A stretch of 64,000 nt of DNA, from contig OZ252299.1 of NCBI GenBank assembly GCA_965250285.1, forward strand, positions 6,048,001 through 6,112,000. The letters are read 5' to 3'. Under the pieces are notes generated by a model, which saw only the letters and a list, made by a program, of their open reading frames with translations, had not been told where the DNA came from and made no database searches. The stretch's first letter is position 1. Every line of letters begins with the position of its first letter. The DNA is from Myxococcota bacterium. Lineage in GTDB: Bacteria > Myxococcota_A > UBA9160 > UBA4427. Below are positions 35,641 to 45,859 of the stretch, in pieces. Both the position numbers and the translations under genes were made by a program.

Positions 35641-36616
35641 GCGACGAGCAGTCGTCTCGGTCAAGGATGTGGTGAAGGACTTTCGTCCGGGTCTCGGGCT
35701 GCGCACGAAGCGTGTGCTGCACGGCGTTTCGTTCGAGGTGAACCAGGGCGAGATCTTCGGCTTCGTTGGTCCGAACGGCGCGGGCAAGACCACCACACTG
35801 AAGGTGATGATGGGCCTGATCCGGGCGACGTCGGGTTCTGCGACGATCCTGGGTCACGATGTCGGCGAGAGCGCCTACCGCCATCACATCGGCTTCCTGC
35901 CCGAGAACCCCTACTTCTACACGTACCTGACGGCGCGTGAGATCCTGCACTTCTACGCGAAGCTCTCCGGTGTCCCGTCGGCTACGCGCCGCGAACGCGT
36001 CGAGCTGCTGCTCGACTGGGTGGGGCTGGCGCACGCCGCCGATGCGCGTTTGCGCACCTACTCGAAGGGCATGATGCAGCGTGTGGGCATCGCTCAGGCG
36101 CTCGTGCACGACCCCGAAGTGGTGTTCCTCGACGAGCCGATGAGCGGGCTCGACCCGATCGGTCGCAAGGAGATCCGCGACATCATCTTGCGGCTCAAGG
36201 AAGACGGCAAGACGGTCTTCATGAACACGCACATCCTCTCGGACGTCGAGATGATCTGCGACCGCGTGGCGATCATCGTCCAGGGCGAGATCCGGTACCA
36301 GGGCATCATCGAAGAGTTCATCCCCGAAGACGGCATGCGTACGGACGTCGTACTCAAGAACATCACCACCGAAACGGCGACCCTCATCGAAGAAGGGTTC
36401 GACTGTGAGCTGCAGGGTATCGGTGAACAGATCGAGGTGCGCGTTCACGACAAGCTGGTCGAGGGCCTGCTGCGAAAGGTGCTCGACTACGGCGGTGAGA
36501 TCGTGTCGGTCACGCCGGCCCGCATGACCCTCGAACACATCTTTCTCGATGCGGTGCAGCACGCCCGCGACGATGGATCGGCGGCTCCGGCCCCGGCCTC
36601 GGAGACGAACGAATGA
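35633..36616 (+). CDS. ABC transporter ATP-binding protein (myxobacterial PilH-like)
   Basis: GPNGAGKTT, YSKGMMQR, VFLDEPMSGLD, NTHILSD. Confidence 0.92.
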   Translation: MSERRAVVSVKDVVKDFRPGLGLRTKRVLHGVSFEVNQGEIFGFVGPNGAGKTTTLKVMMGLIRATSGSATILGHDVGESAYRHHIGFLPENPYFYTYLTAREILHFYAKLSGVPSATRRERVELLLDWVGLAHAADARLRTYSKGMMQRVGIAQALVHDPEVVFLDEPMSGLDPIGRKEIRDIILRLKEDGKTVFMNTHILSDVEMICDRVAIIVQGEIRYQGIIEEFIPEDGMRTDVVLKNITTETATLIEEGFDCELQGIGEQIEVRVHDKLVEGLLRKVLDYGGEIVSVTPARMTLEHIFLDAVQHARDDGSAAPAPASETNE

Positions 36617-37386
36617 TCGCGACCCGCATCTGGGCGATCGCCGCGAACACCGTGCGCGAGGCCGTCCGAAACAAGCTGCTCTACACGTTGCTCTTCTTCG
36701 CGATCGCGGTGATCGGTGCGGCCGTGCTCGTGGCGAGCCTCTCGTACGTCGAGGGCGAGCGCATCATTCAGGACGTCGGCCTCGCGTCGATCCGCTTCTT
36801 CAGTCTCGGCATCGCGATCTTCGTCGGCATCGGTCTGATCCACAACGAGGTCGAGCGCCGCACGATCCAGACGATCCTGTCGAAGCCGGTCTCGCGCCCC
36901 GAGTTTCTGCTCGGCAAGTACTTCGGCCTGCTGGCCACGGTGTGGATGCAGGTCGCGATCATGGGCGTCGCCTTCGTCGGCGTTTCGCTCGCGGCCGGCG
37001 CGCCGCTCGGCTCGGGTGTGTTCTGGGCCCTCGTGCTCCTCGGGATCGAGCTCGCCGTCATCGTCGCCGTGGCCACGCTGTTCTCCGCGTTCACCACGCC
37101 CCTGCTCGCGTCGCTCTTCACCGTCGGTATCTGGGTGCTCGGTCACCTGACGCGCGACCTGCTCGCGCTGGGCAAGCAGGCCGATCAGAGGGCGGTCGAG
37201 TGGGCCACGGTGTTCATCTACCGCGTGCTGCCCGACCTCGATGCGTTCAACCTCTCGATCGAGGCCGTCCATGGCCTCCCGATTTCGAGTGCGCAGGTGG
37301 TCTGGCCTATGCTGCTCGGCATCGGCTACTCGACCGTGTTGCTCTTCATCGCGAGCCTGGTCTTTCAGACGCGCGACATGAAGTAG
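36613..37386 (+). CDS. ABC-2 type permease (myxobacterial PilI-like)
   Basis: IAANTVREAVRNK, EVERRTIQTILSKPVSRPEFLLGK, about 6 TM, C-terminal FQTRD. Confidence 0.88.
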   Translation: MIATRIWAIAANTVREAVRNKLLYTLLFFAIAVIGAAVLVASLSYVEGERIIQDVGLASIRFFSLGIAIFVGIGLIHNEVERRTIQTILSKPVSRPEFLLGKYFGLLATVWMQVAIMGVAFVGVSLAAGAPLGSGVFWALVLLGIELAVIVAVATLFSAFTTPLLASLFTVGIWVLGHLTRDLLALGKQADQRAVEWATVFIYRVLPDLDAFNLSIEAVHGLPISSAQVVWPMLLGIGYSTVLLFIASLVFQTRDMK

Positions 37387-37455
37387 AGCGGCCCGGCCGG
37401 GGCTGCGGAGGGGGCGGGCTGAGCGGCGAACGGCCGCGCGCTCGTGAGGTGACGC

Positions 37456-38343
37456 GTGACCATCTCGATGCATGCGTATCTGGCCATCGTCTCGACGGCG
37501 TTCGGGCTCGTGATCGGTTCGTTCCTGAACGTCGTGATCTTTCGCCTGCCGCTCGGCAAGTCGGTCGTCCACCCACCGTCGCAGTGCCCGGCGTGCGGTG
37601 CTGGCGTGCGCTGGTACGACAACGTGCCCGTCTTCGCGTGGCTCTGGCTGCGCGGGCGCTGCCGCGACTGCGGCACGCCGATCTCGATCCGCTACCCGAC
37701 GATCGAGGCGTTGACGGGAGCGATGTTCGGGCTGATCGCGTGGCAGTTCGGCGTGAGCCCGCTCTCGGTGCTCTACATGCTCTTCGCAGCGGCTCTCATC
37801 GCCGCATCGATGATCGACTTCGACCATCAGATCATTCCCGACGAGATCTCGCTCGGTGGCCTGGCCATTGCGATGGTCGCGGTGCCGTCGGCGACCGCGT
37901 GGATGGGACGCATGGCCCTCGGTGAGGCGCTTGCGTACAGCGCGATCGGGGCGCTGGTCGGCGGCGGTTCTCTGTGGATCGTCGCGTTCGCGCACGCGCG
38001 CGTGTCCGTGGCGATGGGCCGCGAGTTCGCGCACTGGCCCGGCGAGGGCGAGTCGCTGCCGCGCCCGAATGAAGCCGACTACTGGCTCTGGTTCCCCGGC
38101 CTCGGGCTCGGGGATGTCAAGCTGCTCGCGATGATCGGTGCCGTGCTCGGGCCGTGGGGTGTGCTCGACACGATCGTGACCGCGTCGGCCGTGGGTCTTG
38201 CGATGGGCGTCGGTTGGGCCGTCGTGCATCGCAACTGGGAGAGCCCGTTCGGCTTCGGCCCGGCCCTCGGCTTCGGCGCGCTGCTGGCTCTGCTGCTGCC
38301 CGAGCATCTCATCGTGATGCTCGCGCGCTCACAGGGCGCGTAG
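37456..38343 (+). CDS. pilD: Prepilin peptidase / N-methyltransferase
   Basis: GSFLNVVIFRLP, CPAC...CRDC, ISIRYP, IDFDHQIIPD, GLGDVKL, PFGFGPAL. Confidence 0.93.
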   Translation: MTISMHAYLAIVSTAFGLVIGSFLNVVIFRLPLGKSVVHPPSQCPACGAGVRWYDNVPVFAWLWLRGRCRDCGTPISIRYPTIEALTGAMFGLIAWQFGVSPLSVLYMLFAAALIAASMIDFDHQIIPDEISLGGLAIAMVAVPSATAWMGRMALGEALAYSAIGALVGGGSLWIVAFAHARVSVAMGREFAHWPGEGESLPRPNEADYWLWFPGLGLGDVKLLAMIGAVLGPWGVLDTIVTASAVGLAMGVGWAVVHRNWESPFGFGPALGFGALLALLLPEHLIVMLARSQGA

Positions 38344-38403
38344 CCGAGAACGCGCGCGCTATGGGCGGACCGAGCGCGGGTCGAGCGGGGCGCGTCCGCC
38401 GCC

Positions 38404-38477
38404 TGGTTCCCCAGCTTGGATTCGAACCAAGATTCGCGGATTCAGAGTCCGCTGTCCTGCCGTTAGACGACCGGGGA
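38404..38477 (-). tRNA. tRNA-Gln (anticodon CTG)
   Basis: TCCCCGGTCGTCTAACGGCAGGACAGCGGACT-CTG-AATCCGCGAATCTTGGTTCGAATCCAAGCTGGGGAACCA; 74 nt with CCA. Confidence 0.97.
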
Positions 38478-38539
38478 ACAGGCGTGGAGCGTGGAGCCAA
38501 TGGCTCCGGGACCGGGCAGCCGGAGCTGCCGGGCGGCCA

Positions 38540-38568
38540 AACTTAACGGATCGGCGGAGTCGGCTCAA
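38540..38568 (-). promoter_or_regulatory. sigma70 promoter of tRNA-Gln
   Basis: Minus strand TTGAGC, 17 nt, TAAGTT, then GC-rich discriminator. Confidence 0.65.
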
Positions 38569-38612
38569 ACCTGGACGACGCGCGCTGCTCGTCGATCGGC
38601 GCGTCCCGTCGA

Positions 38613-40040
38613 TCAGCCCTGGCCGGCCTCGGCCGCGCGCGCCTCGATGACGGCGATCGCGTTCTTCAACCGCGCCACGGTGCGTTCGCGGCCCAGCACC
38701 GAGAGCGTTTCGAAGATGCCGGGGGAGTTCGGGCCGCCCGTCACCGCCACGCGCACGGGCTGGGCGAGCTTGCCCATCTTGGTTTCGTGCGCCGTCACCA
38801 CGGCGTCGAAGGCCGGCTCGAGCCCGGCCTCGCTCCAATCGTCGGTCGACTCGAGACGCGGCACGAGGTCGGCGAGCAGCGGTAGCGCGACGGGTCGCAG
38901 GTGCTTCTTGGCCGCCTTCTCCTCGATCTCGATCTCGTCGCGCAAGAGCCAGTGGGCCTGCTCGGCCATCTCGACGAGTGTGTGGCTGCGCTCGCGCAAC
39001 AGATCGAGCAAGCCGTCGAGACCGGCGCTGCGCTCGACGGCACCGCCCGCGACGGCTTCGAGGAAGGGCCGCGCGCGCTCGAAGAGTGCGTCGGCGGGCA
39101 GGGTCTTCAGCCAGTGCTGGCCGAGCCAGGCGAGCTTCGCTTCGTCGGCGTGCGCGCCGCTTCGACCGACGTGCTCGAGGTCGAAGAGCTTGGCGATGTC
39201 GTCGAGCGAGAACACCTCTTCGTCCCCGTGCGACCAGCCGAGGCGCACGATCCAGTTGACGAGCGCCTCCTGCAGATGGCCATGCTCGCGGAAGTCCTGG
39301 ATCGACACGTTGTCGCGCCGCTTCGAGAGCTTCTTGCCGCCTTCGCCGACGATGAGCGGCACGTGCGCGTAGGTCGGCGGCTCGGCGTCGAGTGCCTCGT
39401 AGAGCGCCACCTGCAGCGGGGTGTTCGGGTGGTGGTCGGCGCCGCGGATCACGTGCGTGATGCCCATGTCCATGTCGTCCACGACGACGGCGAGGTGGAA
39501 GACGGCGGTGCCATCGCTGCGCAGGATGATCGCGTCACCAATCTGGCTCGCGTCCTGGCCACTCGGGCCGAACACCAGGTCGTCGAAGCCGAGCATGCCC
39601 TCCTTCGGCAGTCGGATCCGAACGGTGTGCTCGCCGCAGTCGGGACCGAGGTCGAGGTCACGGCAGTGCCCGTCGTAGACACCGCGGCCGCCGCTCGCCT
39701 CGTCGCGGCTGCGCATCTCTTCCAGTCGCTCGCGGCTGCACGTGCATCGATAGGCGCGTCCGGTGTCGAGCAGATGCTGCACCACCGCCCGGTGTCGATC
39801 ATGGTGGTCGCTCTGTCGGATCGGCCCCTCGTCCCAGTCGAGCCCCAGCCAGCGCATGCCCTCGAGCACCGCCTCCTCCGACGCGCGGGTCGAGCGGCTG
39901 GCATCGGTGTCCTCGATGCGCAGCACGAAGGTGCCCGAGTGGCGCCGGGCGAAGGCCCAGTTGTAGAGGGCGGTCCGGGCGGAGCCGAGATGGAGGTACC
40001 CGGTGGGGCTGGGAGCGAAACGTGTGCGGACGTCGGTCAT
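38613..40040 (-). CDS. gltX: Glutamate--tRNA ligase
   Basis: RTRFAPSPTGYLHLG, LRIEDTD, ITHVIRGADH, KKLSKR, LAQPVRVAVTG anticodon domain; start ATG 40040. Confidence 0.96.
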   Translation of the reverse strand: MTDVRTRFAPSPTGYLHLGSARTALYNWAFARRHSGTFVLRIEDTDASRSTRASEEAVLEGMRWLGLDWDEGPIRQSDHHDRHRAVVQHLLDTGRAYRCTCSRERLEEMRSRDEASGGRGVYDGHCRDLDLGPDCGEHTVRIRLPKEGMLGFDDLVFGPSGQDASQIGDAIILRSDGTAVFHLAVVVDDMDMGITHVIRGADHHPNTPLQVALYEALDAEPPTYAHVPLIVGEGGKKLSKRRDNVSIQDFREHGHLQEALVNWIVRLGWSHGDEEVFSLDDIAKLFDLEHVGRSGAHADEAKLAWLGQHWLKTLPADALFERARPFLEAVAGGAVERSAGLDGLLDLLRERSHTLVEMAEQAHWLLRDEIEIEEKAAKKHLRPVALPLLADLVPRLESTDDWSEAGLEPAFDAVVTAHETKMGKLAQPVRVAVTGGPNSPGIFETLSVLGRERTVARLKNAIAVIEARAAEAGQG

Positions 40041-40216
40041 GGCGGCGGGAAGGTAACGGGTCGGCCCGCGGGCGCGGCGGAGCGAAGTGCTGCGGGCCCC
40101 AGGGGGCACTGGCTTGGCGACGCGGCGGGGGTGTGGTACCCAATGGCCCGCTCTGGAGGGTGATGCCCTCCGAAGTATCTGAATTGGAACGGGTTTCAGG
40201 TCTGGTGGGCGGGGGG

Positions 40217-40792
40217 ATGAAGCTCTTCGTCGACAGGATCGAGGCATCGCCGACCTCGGAGCGGTTCGAGGCGGCGGCCGACTGGTGGCTCGACTCGGCC
40301 GGCGCGGATGCCGACGGCTTCGAGATCGTCGACGCGCCGGTGTTCGTCGTGAACGTGCACCGGATGGGGCGTGACCTCTATCTCGATGGCACGCTCGAGG
40401 CGACGGTCGAGGCCACATGCAGTCGATGCCTGGGGCGCTATCGTCAGCCGCTTCGCGACGCCTGGCGGCTGGTGCTCGAGCCTGCCGAGGGCGCTTCGAT
40501 GCCCGACCCAGAGAGTGAAGAGGCCCTGGCCCAGGACGGAATCTGTCTGGGCGAGGAGCTGGAGGTGGGCTGGTACCAGGGCAAGGAGCTGAAGCTCGAC
40601 CGCTTCTTCAGTGAGCTGGTCGCGCTGGCGCTGCCCATCGTGCCGCTCTGCCGTGAGGATTGTCCGGGGCTGTGCCCGGTGTGTGGACGCGATCAGTCCA
40701 CCAACACATGTGATTGCGAACCGACCTTGCCCGATTCGCCGTTCGCCGTGCTTGCCGCGCTGCGCACGAACGGGCCCGAGAGAGAGAGCTGA
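40217..40792 (+). CDS. yceD: YceD/DUF177 family protein
   Basis: [32 protein letters not shown]; upstream of rpmF. Confidence 0.9.
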   Translation: MKLFVDRIEASPTSERFEAAADWWLDSAGADADGFEIVDAPVFVVNVHRMGRDLYLDGTLEATVEATCSRCLGRYRQPLRDAWRLVLEPAEGASMPDPESEEALAQDGICLGEELEVGWYQGKELKLDRFFSELVALALPIVPLCREDCPGLCPVCGRDQSTNTCDCEPTLPDSPFAVLAALRTNGPERES

Positions 40793-40793
40793 G

Positions 40794-40976
40794 ATGGCTG
40801 TACCGAAGCGAAAGACCTCGAAGGCGAAGCGCGACAAGCGCCGCAGCCACGACGCCCTTTCGAGCCCTGCGCGCAGCGTGTGCCCCCAGTGTGGCGCACC
40901 CAAGGTGCCGCACCGCATCTGCGGTACCTGCGGCTGGTACAAGGGCCGCACCGTGATCGAAGTCGACGAGGACTGA
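40794..40976 (+). CDS. rpmF: 50S ribosomal protein L32 (Zn-ribbon form)
   Basis: [19 protein letters not shown]...CPQCG...[13 protein letters not shown]. Confidence 0.97.
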   Translation: MAVPKRKTSKAKRDKRRSHDALSSPARSVCPQCGAPKVPHRICGTCGWYKGRTVIEVDED

Positions 40977-40982
40977 TCCTCG

Positions 40983-41927
40983 TTGCTCGCGCTGCTCTTT
41001 CCGGGTCAGGGCTCCCAAGCCATTGGGATGGGCCGCGACGCCTTCGATGCGTCTCCGGCGGCACGTGCCGTATTCGAGGCCGCGGACGACGCGCTGGGCT
41101 TCTCGCTCTCGAAGCTGTGCTTCGAAGGGCCCGACGACGAGCTCGTCCGTACAGAGAATCAGCAGCCCGCGATCCTGACCACGAGCATCGCCCTGCTTCG
41201 CGCGCTCGAGACCGAGGTCGAGCTGGCGCCGGCGTTCGTCGGTGGCCACAGCCTCGGTGAGTACTCCGCGCTCGTCGCCGCGGGCGCCATCGCGTTCGAA
41301 GACGCCGTCCGCACCGTGGCGAACCGCGGTCGATTCATGCAGGACGCGGTGCCCCAGGGCGAAGGCGCGATGGCCGCCGTCATGGGCGCGAGCCCCGAAG
41401 ACGTCGAAGCCGCGTGCCGAGCCGCCGCGGGTGAGCTCGGCCGCGTCGTGACGCCGGCCAACTTCAACAGCGGCGCGCAGACCGTGATCGCCGGCCACGC
41501 CGATGCCGTCGCGCTCGCGTGCAGCAAGGCGAGCGAGGCGGGTGCGAAGCGCACGGTCGATCTGCCGGTCTCGGCCCCCTTCCACTGTGCGTTGATGGAG
41601 CCCGCCGCCGAGCAGCTCGCGCCGCTGCTGGAGGCGCTCGACGTGTCGAAGCCGGCGGTGCCGGTCGTGACCAACGTCGAGGCACAGCCGAACGAGGATC
41701 CCGCGCGCATCGCGCCGCTGCTGCGCGAGCAGGTCACCGCGCCGGTGCGCTTCACCGAGATGGTGCAGACGCTCAGCGGACTCGGCGTCACGCAGTTCCT
41801 CGAGGTCGGGCCCGGCCGCGTGCTGTCGGGGCTGGTCGCACGGATCGAGCGGCGCTCGAAGCGCGCGAATTTTGGAAGCATGGAAGATCTGGGCGGCGTC
41901 CGAGCGTTCGTGAGCGGCGACGACTGA
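40983..41927 (+). CDS. fabD: Malonyl-CoA:ACP transacylase
   Basis: LFPGQGSQ, GHSLGEY, SAPFHC, PVRF, EVGPG. Confidence 0.96.
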   Translation: MLALLFPGQGSQAIGMGRDAFDASPAARAVFEAADDALGFSLSKLCFEGPDDELVRTENQQPAILTTSIALLRALETEVELAPAFVGGHSLGEYSALVAAGAIAFEDAVRTVANRGRFMQDAVPQGEGAMAAVMGASPEDVEAACRAAAGELGRVVTPANFNSGAQTVIAGHADAVALACSKASEAGAKRTVDLPVSAPFHCALMEPAAEQLAPLLEALDVSKPAVPVVTNVEAQPNEDPARIAPLLREQVTAPVRFTEMVQTLSGLGVTQFLEVGPGRVLSGLVARIERRSKRANFGSMEDLGGVRAFVSGDD

Positions 41928-42122
41928 GGCGAGTCCGCCGCACCGAACGAGGGGCTCAGCGTATGCGGGCCCCGATGGTGAAGCGGGTGCCTCGGCGCGC
42001 ATGGGGATGAAACGCAGCACGGGCGTACCGCCCGGAAATCGGCCAGAATCCGGGGGTCCGACGCGGCGGGGGGCCGCTCGACTCAAGCTCTGGTTGCAGG
42101 TCCAGCTCGGAGGTTCAAAGGC

Positions 42123-42377
42123 ATGGCGTCAGGCGAAGCGGGATCGCTCGAAGAGCGCGTGACCGGTCTGATCGTGGAGCAGCTCGGTGTGTCGGCCGAG
42201 GAAGCGAAGCTGCAGGCCTCGTTCATCGAGGATCTCGGGGCCGACTCCCTCGACATCGTCGAGCTCGTCATGTCCTTCGAAGAGAACTTCGACATCGAGA
42301 TCCCCGACGAGGACGCCGAGAAGATCCAGACGATCGGCGACGTCGTGACCTACCTCCAAGAGCACGTCGAGGCGTAG
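42123..42377 (+). CDS. acpP: Acyl carrier protein
   Basis: [31 protein letters not shown]. Confidence 0.97.
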   Translation: MASGEAGSLEERVTGLIVEQLGVSAEEAKLQASFIEDLGADSLDIVELVMSFEENFDIEIPDEDAEKIQTIGDVVTYLQEHVEA

Positions 42378-42381
42378 CACC

Positions 42382-43638
42382 ATGACCGCCCATGACCCGA
42401 CCCGGCGGGTCGTCGTCACCGGGCTCGGTTGTGCCTCGCCCCTCGGTCTCTCCACCTCCGATACGTGGGACGCAGCCGTCGCCGGTCGATCCGGCGCCGC
42501 GCGCATCCAGGCCTTCGATGCCGACGGCTACGCCTCGACCATTGCGGCCGAGGTGAAGGGCGAGCTCGACCTCGGAGACGTCGAGCCGAAGGAAGCCCGG
42601 CGCATGGACCGGGTCGTGAAGTTCGCATTGCACTCGGCGCGCGAGGCGCTCGCCGATTCGAAGCTCGAGGTGAGCGACGCGAACCGCGACCGCATCGGCG
42701 TCGCCGTCGGCTCTGGGATCGGCGGCCTCGAGACCCTGACTGCGAACCAGACGACGCTGATGGAGAAGGGCCCGCGTCGCGTGTCGCCCTTCACGATCCC
42801 GATGGCCATCTCGAACATGCCGAGCGGGCTGGTGTCGCTCACGCATGGCCTTCGTGGTCCGAACCTCTGCCACGTGAGCGCGTGTGCGACGGGCGCCCAT
42901 TCGCTGGGCGAGAGCATGTACCTGCTGCAGCGCGGTCAGGCCGACGTGATGGTCGCCGGCGGCGTCGAGGCGCCGGTGCAGCCGCTCGGGGTCGCAGGCT
43001 TCGCCGCGATGAAGGCGCTCACGACCCGCAACGACGAGCCCGAGCGCGCGAGCCGACCCTTTGACCGCGATCGCGACGGGTTCCTGATCGGCGAGGGCGG
43101 GACCGTCCTCGTGCTCGAGACGCTGGCCCACGCCCGCGAACGCGGCGCCCGGATCTATGCCGAGCTGGCCGGCTACGCGGCGACCGCCGACGCCTATCAC
43201 ATGGCGGCGCCCGACCCCGACGGCGCCGGCGCTGCGCGGTGCATGCGGCTTGCGATCGAGAGCGCCGGCCTCGCGCCGGAGAACATCGACCACCTGAACG
43301 GCCACGCGACCAGCACGCCGGCGGGCGACCCGTCGGAGGTGAAGGCCGTGCGCAGCGTCTTCGGCGCCCACACCGATCGCGTCGCCGTGTCGGCCACGAA
43401 GTCGATGACGGGGCACCTGCTGGGCGCGGCGGGGGCGCTCGAGGCGCTCTTCTGCATCAAGGCGCTCGAGACCGGCGTCCTGCCGCCCACGATCAATCTC
43501 GACGACGTCGACGACGATTGCGAGCTCGACCACGTCGCGAACAGCGCGCGCACGCAGTCGATCGGCGCGGCGCTGTCGAACTCGTTCGGCTTCGGCGGGA
43601 CGAACGCGGCACTGCTGTTCACCCAGCCCGATCTCTGA
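42382..43638 (+). CDS. fabF: Beta-ketoacyl-ACP synthase II
   Basis: [39 protein letters not shown]. Confidence 0.96.
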   Translation: MTAHDPTRRVVVTGLGCASPLGLSTSDTWDAAVAGRSGAARIQAFDADGYASTIAAEVKGELDLGDVEPKEARRMDRVVKFALHSAREALADSKLEVSDANRDRIGVAVGSGIGGLETLTANQTTLMEKGPRRVSPFTIPMAISNMPSGLVSLTHGLRGPNLCHVSACATGAHSLGESMYLLQRGQADVMVAGGVEAPVQPLGVAGFAAMKALTTRNDEPERASRPFDRDRDGFLIGEGGTVLVLETLAHARERGARIYAELAGYAATADAYHMAAPDPDGAGAARCMRLAIESAGLAPENIDHLNGHATSTPAGDPSEVKAVRSVFGAHTDRVAVSATKSMTGHLLGAAGALEALFCIKALETGVLPPTINLDDVDDDCELDHVANSARTQSIGAALSNSFGFGGTNAALLFTQPDL

Positions 43639-43913
43639 CAGCGTCGATTCGGCCGCCGGATCGCCTCGCGGTGGCCGCGCGCGTGTGGGTTGCGCGTGGG
43701 TTGCCGTCGGCTGATCGAGGCGGGTCGCGTCGATTCGCTGCGCTGGCCGCCGCGCGGGGGTCTCGAGCAAGGGTCTCCGCTAGAATCGGGGCTCATCCGA
43801 CGGCTTCGCGCACGGCCGGCGTGCTCCCCCCGAACCCCCGCGACCCTCGCGGGGCGTCGACCGGGTGGGGCTCCATCGGCAGGCCGATCCGGCGGCACGA
43901 AAGGACTCCCCAG

Positions 43914-45182
43914 ATGGCCGACAGCCTCACCCCGAACATGGATCGGATCGATCCCCAGATTGCCGGCCTCGTGCGTCGCGAAGGGCGCCGCCAGGCGCTC
44001 TCGATCGAGCTGATCGCATCGGAGAACTTCGTCTCCGAGGCGGTGCTCGAAGCGGTGGGCTCGGTGCTCACGAACAAGTACGCCGAGGGGTATCCGGGAC
44101 GTCGCTACTACGGCGGATGCGAGGTCGTCGACGAGATCGAGCAGCTCGCCATCGACCGGGCGAAGCAGCTCTTCGGCGCCGACCACGCCAACGTGCAGCC
44201 CCATTCGGGCTCGCAGGCGAACGCCGCCGTGTACCACGCGCTGCTCACGCCGGGCGACACGATCCTCGCGATGAATCTCGATCACGGTGGCCATCTGACG
44301 CACGGCTCGCCCGTGAACTTCTCGGGCAAGACCTACAACGTCGTGCCCTACGGCGTTTCGCGGGAGAACGAGACCATCGACATGGACGAGCTGCGCCGGC
44401 TGGCGCTCGAGCATCGTCCGAAGATGATCCAGTGCGGCGCCACCGCGTACTCGCGGGTGATCGACTTCGACGGGTTCCGCTCGATCGCCGACGAGGTCGG
44501 CGCGATCCTGTTCGCCGACATCGCGCACATCGCGGGGCTGGTCGCCGCCGGCGTCCATCCCACCCCCGTCGGCCGTGCCCACGTCGTCACGACGACGACG
44601 CACAAGACCCTGCGCGGCCCGCGCGGCGGCCTGATCCTCTGCGACGCCGACTACGCGAAGAAGGTCAACAGCGCGATCTTCCCCGGCCTGCAGGGCGGGC
44701 CGCTGATGCACGTGATCGCGGGCAAGGCGGTCGCGTTCAAGGAGGCGCTCTCGCCCGAGTTCAAGGGGTATGCCGAGGGCATCGTGGCCAACGCGCACGC
44801 CCTCGCCGAGGCGCTGCAGGGCCGCGATCACAAGATCGTGTCGGGCGGGACCGACAACCATCTGTTCATGCTCTCGCTCATTGGCAAGGACGTCACCGGC
44901 AAGGCGGCGCAGCTCTCGCTCGACGAGGCGGGCATCACCGCGAACAAGAACATGGTGCCCTTCGATCCCGAGAAGCCGATGGTCACGTCAGGGGTGCGCA
45001 TCGGAACGCCCGCCGTCACCACGCGCGGCATGGGGGCCGCCGAGATGGATCGCATCGCCGACTTCATCCACCGCGTGCTCGAGAACCCGGGAGACGTGGC
45101 CGAGCTCGCGCGCATTCGCGGAGAGGTCGAAGAGCTCTGCCGAGCCTTCCCGCTCTACGCGAAGCGCTGGGCCGACGAGTAG
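43914..45182 (+). CDS. glyA: Serine hydroxymethyltransferase
   Basis: [37 protein letters not shown]; start ATG 43914. Confidence 0.97.
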   Translation: MADSLTPNMDRIDPQIAGLVRREGRRQALSIELIASENFVSEAVLEAVGSVLTNKYAEGYPGRRYYGGCEVVDEIEQLAIDRAKQLFGADHANVQPHSGSQANAAVYHALLTPGDTILAMNLDHGGHLTHGSPVNFSGKTYNVVPYGVSRENETIDMDELRRLALEHRPKMIQCGATAYSRVIDFDGFRSIADEVGAILFADIAHIAGLVAAGVHPTPVGRAHVVTTTTHKTLRGPRGGLILCDADYAKKVNSAIFPGLQGGPLMHVIAGKAVAFKEALSPEFKGYAEGIVANAHALAEALQGRDHKIVSGGTDNHLFMLSLIGKDVTGKAAQLSLDEAGITANKNMVPFDPEKPMVTSGVRIGTPAVTTRGMGAAEMDRIADFIHRVLENPGDVAELARIRGEVEELCRAFPLYAKRWADE

Positions 45183-45191
45183 GGCTCCGGG

Positions 45192-45710
45192 TTGCGCTGT
45201 CCGTACTGCGGCGACGAGCGCCATCGCGTCATCGACAGCCGGGTCGGGAAGGGGTTGTCCGAGATCCGCCGCCGCCGCGAGTGCGAGGAGTGCGGCCGGC
45301 GCTTCACCACCCGCGAGCGCGTCGAAGAGACGTTGCCCAAGGTGATCAAGCGCGACGAGCGCCGCGAGGAGTACGACCGCGCCAAGATCGCGCAGAGCCT
45401 CGAAGCGGCGTGCGTCAAGCGACCCGTCTCGACCGACGCCATCGAGCGCCTGATCGAGCGCGTCGAGCGTCGGCTCCAGGAGAGCGGTGCAGCCGAGGTT
45501 TCGAGCAGCGACATCGGCGAGCGGCTGCTCGAAGGGCTCGAGTCGATCGACGCGCTGGCCGCCGTTCGGTTCGCCTCGGTCTTTCGAAACTTCGAGAGCA
45601 CCGCAGACTACGCCGAGTTCTTCCGCCGCATCGGCGCGGGCGAGGCTCGCGAAGGCGAGGCCGGAGAGCGCCCGCCTCTGCGCGTGGTCGATGACGAGGG
45701 CAGCGGCTGA
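45192..45710 (+). CDS. nrdR: Transcriptional repressor NrdR
   Basis: CPYC...VIDSR...IRRRRECEECGRRFTT, ATP-cone, VRFASV. Confidence 0.95.
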   Translation: MRCPYCGDERHRVIDSRVGKGLSEIRRRRECEECGRRFTTRERVEETLPKVIKRDERREEYDRAKIAQSLEAACVKRPVSTDAIERLIERVERRLQESGAAEVSSSDIGERLLEGLESIDALAAVRFASVFRNFESTADYAEFFRRIGAGEAREGEAGERPPLRVVDDEGSG

Positions 45711-45859
45711 TGCGGCGCGTGTCGGCGTCGACCCGGGCGCGCCCGTGAGGCGCACCGTCGAGCGCGACGCAGAGGCTCGATCTCGAGCAGCGTCGCTCGA
45801 GGGCGTCGATGGAGCACGGTCTTGATCGGCGCATCGCTTGCCCGCCGCGAGTCGGCACG

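Noticed and set aside
43639..43913. Riboswitch (ZTP/glycine) upstream of glyA
   Set aside because: Only GC-rich hairpins; no aptamer consensus recognised. An Rfam scan would settle it
45711..45859. FMN riboswitch upstream of ribD
   Set aside because: None of the RFN conserved segments is visible
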